A stretch of DNA of 40,575 bases, taken from an uncultured Candidatus Saccharibacteria bacterium. GTDB lineage: Bacteria > Patescibacteriota > Minisyncoccia > Phycocordibacterales > PALSA-1337. The notes beneath the pieces were generated by a model that saw only the letters and a list, made by a program, of their open reading frames with translations, had not been told where the DNA came from and searched no databases. The position numbers were made by a program, and so were the translations under genes. The DNA lies in the NCBI GenBank assembly GCA_964470105.1, contig CAYXZI010000006.1:1-40575 (forward strand), read 5' to 3'. This document shows positions 15,758 to 24,806 of this stretch, in pieces (the first letter of the stretch is position 1; each line of letters opens with the position of its first letter).

Positions 15758-17202
15758 ACACTATAATCAAATACCTCATATCTGGCGGCACAGCAGCATT
15801 AATTGATCTTATCCTACTTCATAGTCTAGATAATCTACATTTAAACTATATTATCAGTGTTAATATTGCTTTTGTATTTGCATTCGTGGTGAGTTTTACG
15901 CTTCAGAAATATTGGACATTCAATGACCCCCACAATAGAGGTCTAAGACAGATAACCGTGTATTTTATTGTGTCATTAGTTAATGTCTTTATCAATACTA
16001 TATTGATATCCCTAATATTAAAATTCTTTGTATATGATCCAATTTTCTTCCTCAAACCAGTTGTTATCGCACAGATAATATCAGGAGCGGTTGTAGCCAT
16101 AGAATCATTTTTAATATATAAGTTTTTCATTTTCAAGAAAAAAGAATATAACTCTGGTGGAGTACGAATACTCATTGTCACACAGAAGTTAGATATTAAT
16201 GATGGATATTTTGGTTTTTTCCATGATTGGGTTTTGCGCTTTGCTCGTAATTGCTCAAAGGTAACTGTCGTTGCTCTTGAGGTCGGTGAATATCATTTAC
16301 CAGATAATGTTAAAGTACTGAGTCTTAAAAAGGGTTCAAAGATTGAATCCTTAAAACTACTATGGTCATACAGCATTTCTGAGAGAAATAACTATGACAC
16401 TGTATTCTGTCATATGAGTCCAGTATATGTAATAACCGGCTGGTTAGTATGGACCATGATGGATAAGATGGTGGTACTTTGGTATGTGCACAGATCAGTA
16501 GATCTTAAGTTAAGGCTAGCTCATTTGATGTCAAGAATTATATTTACTGCAACTCCAGAAACCTTCAGAATTAAAAGTAATAAGGTGAAATACATGGGTC
16601 AGTCAGTCGATCTAGATAGGTTCAAAAAACCACCAGGTGGTTCTATCGAGGTATCACCAGTATTAAAAATTATTACAGTTGGAAGAGTAACACCTATCAA
16701 GAATCTAGAAATTCTAATTGATGCTGCTAAGATTATAAAACTTAATAATATACCGTTTAATATTAGTATAGTTGGGGAACCGGTAGTTCAATCCGATTTT
16801 AAATACAAGGATATGATTGTTAAAAGGATAAAAGATGGTGATTTGATGAATGAAGTTGTATTTCTAGGATCAATATCAAATAAAGATATACCCTCATCGT
16901 ATTGGAAAAATGATATATGCGTTAATATGGCCCCTACAGGTGGTCTAGATAAGACTGTTTTGGAAGCAATGGCCTCCAGTATGCCAGTAGTGGTATGCAA
17001 TAGAGCCTTCGAGAAACATATAGGAATATATGAAGATGAGCTGATTTTTAATGAAGGTGACGCGTCTGATTTAGCAAAAAAGATTCTTGAAGTTTATGTA
17101 AATAAGTCATATACGAAGATTGGAGAATATTTACGTAAGGCAGTGGAAGAAAAATCGAACTTAGATATTATGATTAGCACGATTGTTAAAGAGCTGAACT
17201 AA
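15754..17202 (+). CDS. Fusion protein: N-terminal GtrA-like 4-TM domain plus C-terminal GT-B (GT4-like) glycosyltransferase
   Basis: Residues 1-130 (LISGGTAALIDLILLH...QKYWTF...) form four hydrophobic helices typical of GtrA. The C-terminal part has LKIITVGRVTPIKN and GGLDKTVLEAMASSMPVVV. Confidence 0.75.
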   Translation: MNTIIKYLISGGTAALIDLILLHSLDNLHLNYIISVNIAFVFAFVVSFTLQKYWTFNDPHNRGLRQITVYFIVSLVNVFINTILISLILKFFVYDPIFFLKPVVIAQIISGAVVAIESFLIYKFFIFKKKEYNSGGVRILIVTQKLDINDGYFGFFHDWVLRFARNCSKVTVVALEVGEYHLPDNVKVLSLKKGSKIESLKLLWSYSISERNNYDTVFCHMSPVYVITGWLVWTMMDKMVVLWYVHRSVDLKLRLAHLMSRIIFTATPETFRIKSNKVKYMGQSVDLDRFKKPPGGSIEVSPVLKIITVGRVTPIKNLEILIDAAKIIKLNNIPFNISIVGEPVVQSDFKYKDMIVKRIKDGDLMNEVVFLGSISNKDIPSSYWKNDICVNMAPTGGLDKTVLEAMASSMPVVVCNRAFEKHIGIYEDELIFNEGDASDLAKKILEVYVNKSYTKIGEYLRKAVEEKSNLDIMISTIVKELN

Positions 17203-17212
17203 GTATAAAAGT

Positions 17213-18703
17213 ATGAATACCGAAACGAAAGAAACGATAAAAAGGATAAGGACAAAAACTCTAATTGTTGGTGCTGGTCCTGCTGGACTTTCTTGTGCAA
17301 TGGAGCTATGTAATGCAAAGGAAGATTTTATTGTTATAGAAAAACAATCTGCAGTCGGTGGTCTATCAAAGACATATACATTTAAAGAGGATAAATATAT
17401 TTTTAGAACAGATAATGGCCCACATAGATTTTTCTCAAAAAATCCAAAGCTTTATATTTTTATCGAAAACATAATTAATGAAAAGTGGATCTCTGTTAAG
17501 AGACAGACAAGGCAATATATAGATGGAAAGTTCTATGATTACCCTATAAACTTCTTTCAGGCATTAAGAAATTTAGGAATACTGAAATCTATCAGTATGG
17601 GTTTTGACTATGTTTCTGCCAAGATTAAATATAGGGTTTTAAAATCACCAATAAATAACTTTAAGGATTATGTTTATGCTAACTTCGGTAAGGGTCTAGG
17701 GCAATTCAGTATGATTTACTATACGGAAAAGATATGGGGTATACCAGCTCATACAATACATCCAGATTGGGCAACACAGAGAATTAAGGGACTCAATCTT
17801 TTTAAGGTAATAGCTGATGCTGTAAAGCGACTATTCGGATTACACTCGACAAATTCTCCTAAAAGTTTAGTTGATACCTTCTACTACCCTCAGTATGGTA
17901 CTGGTCTTATATATGAGACCATACTAAGTAAAATTAAGCAGGCGGGGTATAGGGTAATGCTAAACGTTTACACTAAAGAATTTATTCATAAAGATGGAAA
18001 GATTATCGAGGTTTTAATTAAGACCTTGGATGGTGACATGATTATTGAGTTTGATAATCTTGTAGAGACAATACCTCTACCTACTTTCGTAAATCTACTA
18101 TCACCAAAGGTAGACAATTCTTTAATAGAATCTGCTAAGGCACTCAGACATCGTAGTCAGGTGTATATGTTTATAACTCTTGATAAGGAGTCAATTACTA
18201 AAGATCAATGGATATATTTTCCTGATAAAAAGATTCCTTTTGCAAGAATTAGTGAAATGAAGAACTTCAGTAAAGATATGTCACCAAAAGGAAAGACATC
18301 TATTTTTGTTGAGTATTTCTGTTTTGAAGGGGATGAAATATGGAATATGACTGAGAAACAGTTATTTGATACTACCATGATTCATTTTGAGAAAATGAAG
18401 TTTTTTCAGAAAAAAGATGTACGAAAATATTATTCAATTAAGCTTAAGGATGTCTATCCTATATATGATCTAGAATATAAGAAGTATTTAAATCACATTA
18501 AGGAATTTCTAAATAGTTTCACTAACCTATACTATATCGGTAGGCCAGGTAGGTTTAGATATAACAATCAGGATCATTCTCTTGAAATGGGTTTATTGGC
18601 CGCAAAGAGTATAATCGATGGTGTGAAGTATGATATTGAGAGTGTGGGGGAAGAAAAAGAGTATCAGGAATCTGGAAAATTATATGAAAAGGCTAAGTCG
18701 TAA
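17213..18703 (+). CDS. FAD/NAD(P)-binding oxidoreductase of the amine-oxidase / UDP-galactopyranose-mutase-like class
   Basis: It has the N-terminal dinucleotide-binding motif LIVGAGPAGLSCAMEL...VIEK. The C-terminal YIGRPGRFRYNNQDHSLEMG resembles the GR-x-Y-x-Y-x-N-x-D end of UGM-like flavoenzymes. Confidence 0.65.
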   Translation: MNTETKETIKRIRTKTLIVGAGPAGLSCAMELCNAKEDFIVIEKQSAVGGLSKTYTFKEDKYIFRTDNGPHRFFSKNPKLYIFIENIINEKWISVKRQTRQYIDGKFYDYPINFFQALRNLGILKSISMGFDYVSAKIKYRVLKSPINNFKDYVYANFGKGLGQFSMIYYTEKIWGIPAHTIHPDWATQRIKGLNLFKVIADAVKRLFGLHSTNSPKSLVDTFYYPQYGTGLIYETILSKIKQAGYRVMLNVYTKEFIHKDGKIIEVLIKTLDGDMIIEFDNLVETIPLPTFVNLLSPKVDNSLIESAKALRHRSQVYMFITLDKESITKDQWIYFPDKKIPFARISEMKNFSKDMSPKGKTSIFVEYFCFEGDEIWNMTEKQLFDTTMIHFEKMKFFQKKDVRKYYSIKLKDVYPIYDLEYKKYLNHIKEFLNSFTNLYYIGRPGRFRYNNQDHSLEMGLLAAKSIIDGVKYDIESVGEEKEYQESGKLYEKAKS

Positions 18704-20018
18704 TATTGAAATAATTATAGCGGTCTCTCTCTGTGTGTACCTACCAATAGTTTTTGGTTTAATAAATTTAAAGGATAATAACCTTCCATTTGTAGGATCT
18801 GATGCGGTTGAGTATATGAAGTTATCAGAGTCCATATTAAACGGTGGATTCTATACTCAGGATGGAGTCAATCATGAAGTATTCCGTACTCCAGGTTATC
18901 CATTACTTTTGGCAATATCCAAGGGTGTATTTCAAACCTACTGGTCAATTATTTTTATACAATTACTATGTACTTTGGGTATATCTATACTTATATTCAA
19001 GATATGCCAAAAGATATTATCTAATAATTTGTCTGTATTTGCAGCAATACTTTTTCTAATTGAGCCGTCAGTGATTGTATATACAATCACAGCGGCTTCG
19101 GATATACCATTTACCTTTTTATTTATACTCTCAATATATCTAATGTTCTTTAGGAATGTATCTTATGGAAATAGCATATTATCCGGACTGTTGCTTGGAT
19201 TGGCAACACTAATACGTCCAATTTCTCTATATTTTATACCTATTGCTCTAATCTCATATTTTGTTTTTAACTTTAAAAAAGAAAAATATTCAAAGTTAAT
19301 ATTGAACCTTCTTATATTGATCGTATTTAGTTCCCTAATACTTTTACCCTGGTTTGTCAGAAATTACAGATTATTTCATAAAGTAACACTATCTTCATTG
19401 CCTAGCTATAACCTTTTTCACTATAATCTTCCTGAGTACTACAGCTATACAAAGAATATTCATCCAGAGGAGGCAAGAGATATTCTTAAGCAAGATCTAA
19501 ATTTTAAAGTATTGAATGATGATGAATTAAGGAGGGGTGAGTATATGGATATACTTGGTGACATTTCATCAACACATATAAAAGGTAATTTTGTGGGATA
19601 TACAAGATTTCATTTACTTAAGACAATACCATTCTTCATTTCTTCGAGTATTAAAAATGCTTTTGTTATGAAAGATGCAATTCTTGGTGTTACGGAGAGT
19701 AATATTAAGTACCACAATATTAGTAGTGAAATACTGAAAGGGAATATTAAAGAATTATTTAGAATATTAAAATCAGAATGGTTATTTTTTATAGAGAGAA
19801 TAATCTGGGGTATTCTTCTGATTCTTGCTCTATGCTCTGTGTTTATAAAAGAAAATAGAAAAATATCTGTACTTTTCATTACTATAATCATGTATTTTGC
19901 CATTCTTACTGGACCAGTATCATATGTTAGATATAGACTACCGATACAACCATTTTTAATAGTTTTGACAGTTGTCACCTTAAAACAAATATATAGAAAA
20001 TTGACATATCATGTTTGA
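18684..20018 (+). CDS. GT-C-fold polytopic membrane glycosyltransferase (ArnT/PMT-like)
   Basis: It has more than 10 hydrophobic helices. The first loop (GSDAVEYMKLSESILNGGFY) resembles the DE-x-x-Y-x(n)-SG-x-W/F loop of ArnT/PMT enzymes. ATG 18684 (MKRLSRN) is preferred over 18630. Confidence 0.6.
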   Translation: MKRLSRNIEIIIAVSLCVYLPIVFGLINLKDNNLPFVGSDAVEYMKLSESILNGGFYTQDGVNHEVFRTPGYPLLLAISKGVFQTYWSIIFIQLLCTLGISILIFKICQKILSNNLSVFAAILFLIEPSVIVYTITAASDIPFTFLFILSIYLMFFRNVSYGNSILSGLLLGLATLIRPISLYFIPIALISYFVFNFKKEKYSKLILNLLILIVFSSLILLPWFVRNYRLFHKVTLSSLPSYNLFHYNLPEYYSYTKNIHPEEARDILKQDLNFKVLNDDELRRGEYMDILGDISSTHIKGNFVGYTRFHLLKTIPFFISSSIKNAFVMKDAILGVTESNIKYHNISSEILKGNIKELFRILKSEWLFFIERIIWGILLILALCSVFIKENRKISVLFITIIMYFAILTGPVSYVRYRLPIQPFLIVLTVVTLKQIYRKLTYHV

Positions 20019-20048
20019 TGATGTATATTAAGTCTGGCTTTAGCCAGA

Positions 20049-20056
20049 AAGGAAGG
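20049..20056 (+). promoter_or_regulatory. Canonical Shine-Dalgarno sequence AAGGAAGG, 5 nt before ATG 20062
   Basis: This is the only strong purine-rich RBS I found in front of any gene in the window. Confidence 0.5.
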
Positions 20057-20061
20057 TTTAC

Positions 20062-20670
20062 ATGAACCGTTTTCTACAATCTCTGACTTCCTTGTGGAGG
20101 TCAGAGGATACTGAAAACCGGATACTAGCTTCCGAGGTCAGTCTGATTGTACCTCTAACTTATGGGACATTGAGTACCCATTTAACTGACGGTACAAAGG
20201 CAACGACAGAAATTGCGCTACAGTTTTTACGAGAGGTGCCTCGCTCGTATATAATGTATTGTCCGTGTTCTCATCCACACGGAGATGGTGGTGTGTACGA
20301 AAAACACTACCGATCTCTCGTGCTGTGGAGATGTTCACGTTACATCGTCGGACCAATGGCGGACAATACCGTCGACGAAGCACTGAAGATCCGAGATGCT
20401 CTGAAAGCTAAGGGTCTCAATCCTGTAACCATTCTTCTTGTGTCCGGGGAATGGCATTCAAGGAGCGCACGATATGTTTGGGGTAAGGTGTTCCCAGACT
20501 GCGAAATACTCGTCACTTGCATAGGACACTTCAAGGAGGTTCAAGTGAACCATCCCCTCGACAACCAACGGTCAGTGTTTCGTTGGATCATGGCTAATGT
20601 TCTCCGACATTTAGCTCTCAGAATCCTGCCACTTTCAGTGGTTAGGAGAATCAATCACAGGTCAACCTGA
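20062..20670 (+). CDS. DUF218 / YdcF-ElyC-like domain protein in a high-G+C islet
   Basis: ADNTVDEALKIRDAL...ILLVSGEWHSRSARYVW matches the nT-x-eNa ... lVTs-x-H-x-x-Ra pattern of DUF218. G+C is visibly higher than in the flanks. Confidence 0.55.
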   Translation: MNRFLQSLTSLWRSEDTENRILASEVSLIVPLTYGTLSTHLTDGTKATTEIALQFLREVPRSYIMYCPCSHPHGDGGVYEKHYRSLVLWRCSRYIVGPMADNTVDEALKIRDALKAKGLNPVTILLVSGEWHSRSARYVWGKVFPDCEILVTCIGHFKEVQVNHPLDNQRSVFRWIMANVLRHLALRILPLSVVRRINHRST

Positions 20671-20681
20671 TCTGTGTCTTG

Positions 20682-20709
20682 TGCCGCCCTTGCGGGCGGC
20701 ATTTCTGTT
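20682..20709 (+). terminator. GC-rich rho-independent terminator of the DUF218 gene
   Basis: The stem is TGCCGCCC/GGGCGGCA (8 bp) with loop TTGC, followed by TTTCTGTTG. Confidence 0.7.
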
Positions 20710-20728
20710 GTCCGTATACATGACTCCA

Positions 20729-20737
20729 TGTTAGTAT
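20729..20737 (+). promoter_or_regulatory. Extended -10-like element TGTTAGTAT, 9 nt from ATG 20747
   Basis: The literal motif sits directly after the islet terminator. Confidence 0.3.
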
Positions 20738-20746
20738 GATTCACAT

Positions 20747-21874
20747 ATGAAAATTCACTATTTTGGTGCAGACTACCCACCAACAGGTGGAGGGATATCA
20801 ACATATTCATTTGAATGGATAGAAGCAGTGTCAAGGCAAGATCAGGTTGAGGGTATAAAAGTTTTGATATTTGATAATAAAAATCCAAGAGAAGAAATCT
20901 TGGGTGAAAAGATAAAGATAAAGACTGTAAGTGGTATAAACTTTTTCTATGTCGGCCTAAAGGTCTTTCAGAGATTCTGGTCTATGGGGGATTTTGATAT
21001 ATTCCATTCATTCAATCTTTTCCCTGTAGGTTTCTGGGTTGTATTTTGGGGTAAGGTTTTTAGAAAGAAGACTATGGTATCTTTCTACGGCACTGATGCT
21101 AATGATACATCTGGCAGTTTTAAAACTTTCTTTCTAAAGAAATATACCTTTAAGAATACTAGTAGCATGATAACAATAAGTGAATATACAAAGCAGGCTA
21201 CATTAAAGAAATATGGTCTAAATGAAGAATACATTAAAGTTATATATCCTGTAGTACCTTCTTCACTCCTATATCAAAATCAGGGTGATGATCAAGAAAT
21301 ACGAAAGATGTATAATTTGACTAAGGATGATTTCGCTATCGTCTCTGTTTGCCGTTTGGTGAAGAGAAAGGGAGTAGAGTTTCTGGTGCGTGCATTGGCA
21401 CAAATTAAAGACCCAAATATTCATCTTTTTATAATTGGTAATGGTAAGGAAAAGGAGAATTTAGTTAAGTTGGTATCTGATTTTGGTTTAGAAAAAACTG
21501 TACATATACTTGGTAAGGTTCAAGATATTATTCCTTTCTATAAAGTTGCTGATGTTTCTACTTTGGTATCGTATACGATTGATGATGAGGGTGACTTTGA
21601 AGGTTTGGGACTTGTTCTTCTAGAAGCACAGTCGTACGGAGTTCCAGTAATTGGCTCAAGGAGTGGTGGTATACCTGAAGCATTTGAAGATGGGGTTACA
21701 GGTATTGTTGTTGAACCTCGTAATATTGATGATATAGCTTATGCAGTATTGAAGATGAAAAATGATAGAGAATATACAAAGTCTTTGTCAAAAAATACTA
21801 AAATATTTCTCGAATCTCGATTTGGCATCAAAAATACAATATTAAGATATATAGAGCTTTGTTCTAGCCTGTGA
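20747..21874 (+). CDS. GT4-family glycosyltransferase
   Basis: It has DFEGLGLVLLEAQSYGVPVIGSRSGGIPE and the N-terminus MKIHYFGADYPPTGGGIS. Confidence 0.85.
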   Translation: MKIHYFGADYPPTGGGISTYSFEWIEAVSRQDQVEGIKVLIFDNKNPREEILGEKIKIKTVSGINFFYVGLKVFQRFWSMGDFDIFHSFNLFPVGFWVVFWGKVFRKKTMVSFYGTDANDTSGSFKTFFLKKYTFKNTSSMITISEYTKQATLKKYGLNEEYIKVIYPVVPSSLLYQNQGDDQEIRKMYNLTKDDFAIVSVCRLVKRKGVEFLVRALAQIKDPNIHLFIIGNGKEKENLVKLVSDFGLEKTVHILGKVQDIIPFYKVADVSTLVSYTIDDEGDFEGLGLVLLEAQSYGVPVIGSRSGGIPEAFEDGVTGIVVEPRNIDDIAYAVLKMKNDREYTKSLSKNTKIFLESRFGIKNTILRYIELCSSL

Positions 21875-21887
21875 TATAGTATTTCCT

Positions 21888-22877
21888 ATGAAAATAGCGG
21901 TTATATTGCCGATTGAAAAGAGTGACTATTTGGCAAACACTGTTGTCGATGGACTGATCGATCTTCAGTCTGAACAATTAGATCTAGATTTTGTGGTTAC
22001 AACAAAATACCCAAGTCCAATCGATCTATCAAAGTACGAGAAAAGTGAAGATGATTTCGTAAGTTATGCCAATACATCTGATCTCGTGATACTTTGTTGG
22101 GGTAAGGGTAGTACAAATTTTAATCTTGCAGAGAAGATAGGTGCATGGAGTAAGACGGTATTTGTTGATGGTTCTGAACTAGGAAAAAATAATAGATTTG
22201 ATGCTAAAATTATTGATGATGTACAAAGTGGAGTCTATAAGGGTAATGGAGCAATAGACTATAATATGCTATCAAAGTGCAAGCTATACTTCAGAAGAGA
22301 GAGGCCATATATAAGTAATATCATTCCTTTCCCTTTTGGTATAGAAAGGAGATACCGTGTTCATTATGATAAGAATTTAAAAAGAGATATAGACTTCACA
22401 TGCATATTTGGCCAAGATGAATACCCAATACTAAGAAGACAAGTACAACAATATCTAAAAGAGTTTTGCAGAAAGAATAATTTTATCTGTAAAACAGAAA
22501 GGACAGATGGTTTTAATTTTGATGATAATAGCAAAAGAGCGGGTAGAGATGAATTCTATAAAATCCTAGCAAGAACTAAGGTCGGTATATCAATAGGTGG
22601 AGGAGGTTTTGATACTGCTCGTTTCTGGGAAATACTAGCTAGTGGTGCGCATTTAATGACTGAGAAGATTAGTATATACAATGATGGCAGTAGATTTGGA
22701 TATAGAAGTATTACTGAATTTGAATCATTAGAAGATTTTAAGATTAAACTAGAAAAAGTTGCTAGTATGCTCAGTGAAGCTACTCCAAACGAGGTTGAGT
22801 ATCAATCAATTATCAACAGTCACTCAACTAAATCTAGAATGAAAGAGTTGTTGCTATCTTTTAATGCCGCACAATGA
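21888..22877 (+). CDS. Putative glycosyltransferase (CgeB / Glyco_trans_1_2-like C-terminal signature)
   Basis: The only support is GGGGFDTARFWEILASGAHLMTE, which resembles the R-x-FE-x-x-A-x-G motif of CgeB-like GT-B proteins, plus the glycan-cluster context. Confidence 0.35.
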   Translation: MKIAVILPIEKSDYLANTVVDGLIDLQSEQLDLDFVVTTKYPSPIDLSKYEKSEDDFVSYANTSDLVILCWGKGSTNFNLAEKIGAWSKTVFVDGSELGKNNRFDAKIIDDVQSGVYKGNGAIDYNMLSKCKLYFRRERPYISNIIPFPFGIERRYRVHYDKNLKRDIDFTCIFGQDEYPILRRQVQQYLKEFCRKNNFICKTERTDGFNFDDNSKRAGRDEFYKILARTKVGISIGGGGFDTARFWEILASGAHLMTEKISIYNDGSRFGYRSITEFESLEDFKIKLEKVASMLSEATPNEVEYQSIINSHSTKSRMKELLLSFNAAQ

Positions 22878-23776
22878 TTAACACATGTCATATTTGTAAT
22901 AGTAATACCAATCCTTTTTTAAAGAAGGATGGTTATAATCTATATAAATGTAGTAGATGTGATTTGGTTTATATGAATCCATTACCTAAACCTGATTTTT
23001 TAAAGAAGGATGTATATTCTAAAGAATCAGGCTATCAAGGTAATAAAGCAAATGACCTGACGACAACAAAACCAGATAAAAAGACAAGGGATATATTAAA
23101 TTATTTAGAAAAAAATAATATAAAGGGTAATCTACTAGATGTCGGATGCTCAAATGGGGAATTTATGTATCATGCATACAAAAGAGGCTTTGAAGTCTAT
23201 GGAGTAGAGTTAAATAGTGGTACCGCTGATATCGGTATAAAACATGGTTTAAAAATATTTAAAGGGATATTAGATGATGCTAAATACGAAGGTAACTTTT
23301 TTGATGTAATATTTCTCGGTGATGTTATAGAGCATGTTCTTTCACCAAAAGAATTTATGGAAGAATGCAGCAGAATACTAAAACCAGGAGGTCTTGTTAT
23401 TATATCCACACCAAATCTAGATTGTGCTTGGGCTAAGGTAACTATTTCTTTAAATAAGGTATTTAAAATTCCATGCTCATCAGTTACGCCACCGTATCAT
23501 ACTTTTCAATTCTCAGAGAGTAATTTAGATACGTTTCTTTCGTCTCTGAATTTTAGTAAAACTTCAGTCTGGTTCTATAAACCACCAAGGTTAATGTATG
23601 AATTAGGTTCTCTACATCTACTTAAGAGATTTAAGAATAATAAAAATATATTAAATCTAATATTTATGATATTTGCCTTTACCCTGTATTCAGTATTGTA
23701 TGCAATAATCGTGGGTACAAGGATTATGAGAAGAAGTGATTTTTCAATGGTTGCTGTATATAAGAAAAATGAATAA
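22874..23776 (+). CDS. Class I SAM-dependent methyltransferase with N-terminal Zn-ribbon and C-terminal TM anchor
   Basis: It has a Cys4 ribbon (CHICNS...CSRCDL), motif I LLDVGCSNGEF, ILKPGGLVIIST and a C-terminal hydrophobic helix LNLIFMIFAFTLYSVLYAIIVG. Confidence 0.8.
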   Translation: MINTCHICNSNTNPFLKKDGYNLYKCSRCDLVYMNPLPKPDFLKKDVYSKESGYQGNKANDLTTTKPDKKTRDILNYLEKNNIKGNLLDVGCSNGEFMYHAYKRGFEVYGVELNSGTADIGIKHGLKIFKGILDDAKYEGNFFDVIFLGDVIEHVLSPKEFMEECSRILKPGGLVIISTPNLDCAWAKVTISLNKVFKIPCSSVTPPYHTFQFSESNLDTFLSSLNFSKTSVWFYKPPRLMYELGSLHLLKRFKNNKNILNLIFMIFAFTLYSVLYAIIVGTRIMRRSDFSMVAVYKKNE

Positions 23777-24806
23777 GAATTTTTTAAAAGTATATATTGG
23801 TAGATTAATTGATAATCTCGAATACTTAGAGATACTTAATCCAAATTTAGGCTTTAAAAAAAGAAAGAATATATTTGGTGATCAAGATATATTTGATGAC
23901 ATTGCACAACCTTTTGTTGAGATAGTAAATAATGTAGAAGAGGCAGATTATATACTTATACCGCATAACTATTTCAGATTAAAAAGTAACAAGGAATATT
24001 TAGATGAATACATTAACCTATCATTAAAGTTCTCTAAAAAAATAATCATTTTTGCCATAGGTGATTCAGCTGAGGATATTGATATACCAAATTTAATAAT
24101 CCTACGTATGTCTAGGTACAAGAAGGATAAAAGAGATAATGAAATTATCATCCCTGCATATGCTGCAGATCTGTCATATGGCAGGGAATTATTATATAGA
24201 GATAAGGTTACTACTCCCATCGTAGGTTTTTGTGGTTGGGCAAGTGTGACAGGAATAATACAAAGAACTGTCTTTGTGGTAAAAAATCTATTTCTACTAC
24301 ATGGTCCATATAGGCAAGGTTTGTATTTCAGAAAGAAGGCCATTGGTATGATTCGTAAATCAAAGATAGTTATCCCTAATTTCATCATTCGATCTTTCTA
24401 TAGTGCTAATCAATCAACTATAAAGCTTGATCCAAGATCGGCGAGAGAAGAGTATAGAAGCAATATTATCAATAGTGATTTCATTCTTGCTCCAAAGGGA
24501 GATGGAAACTATTCAGTAAGATTCTTTGAGACATTAAGTTTGGGTCGTATTCCTGTACTCATCGATACAGATTGTAGTCTTCCACTTGAGGATATATTAG
24601 ACTATTCAAAGTTTATGATCAGAGTTTCGTATAAGGATATTAAAAATATAGATAATTTTATATACGATTTCTATAAAAATCTAAAACCTGATGAATGGCT
24701 AAATATTCAAAAAGAGGCAAGGAAAGCATTTGACCAGTATCTAAGAATTGATGTATTCTTCAGGTATATATTCTCATATGAAAATCCTATACTTAGCAAA
24801 TATTAG
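23769..24806 (+). CDS. Exostosin-family (GT47-like) glycosyltransferase
   Basis: SDFILAPKGDGNYSVRFFETLSLGRIPVLIDTD matches the exostosin C-terminal signature. Start ATG 23769 forms an ATGAATAA overlap with the upstream stop. Confidence 0.6.
   Translation: MNKNFLKVYIGRLIDNLEYLEILNPNLGFKKRKNIFGDQDIFDDIAQPFVEIVNNVEEADYILIPHNYFRLKSNKEYLDEYINLSLKFSKKIIIFAIGDSAEDIDIPNLIILRMSRYKKDKRDNEIIIPAYAADLSYGRELLYRDKVTTPIVGFCGWASVTGIIQRTVFVVKNLFLLHGPYRQGLYFRKKAIGMIRKSKIVIPNFIIRSFYSANQSTIKLDPRSAREEYRSNIINSDFILAPKGDGNYSVRFFETLSLGRIPVLIDTDCSLPLEDILDYSKFMIRVSYKDIKNIDNFIYDFYKNLKPDEWLNIQKEARKAFDQYLRIDVFFRYIFSYENPILSKY

Noticed and set aside
18630-18683. The upstream ATG at 18630, considered as the start of the GT-C membrane protein.
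   Set aside because: It would add 18 non-hydrophobic residues and a 74-nt overlap with the flavoenzyme gene. ATG 18684 gives a 20-nt overlap and a typical short basic N-terminus before the first TM helix.
20690-20693. Both islet terminators have the loop TTGC on the plus strand, considered as a possible shared origin signature.
   Set aside because: The genes are on opposite strands, so the RNA loops differ (UUGC vs GCAA). A 4-nt coincidence carries no weight.
20031-20709. The two high-G+C islets, considered as bona fide mobile elements (IS, integrative element or MITE).
   Set aside because: I could find no transposase, integrase or recombinase ORF, no terminal inverted repeats and no flanking direct repeats. 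They are reported only as compositional islets, not as mobile_element features.
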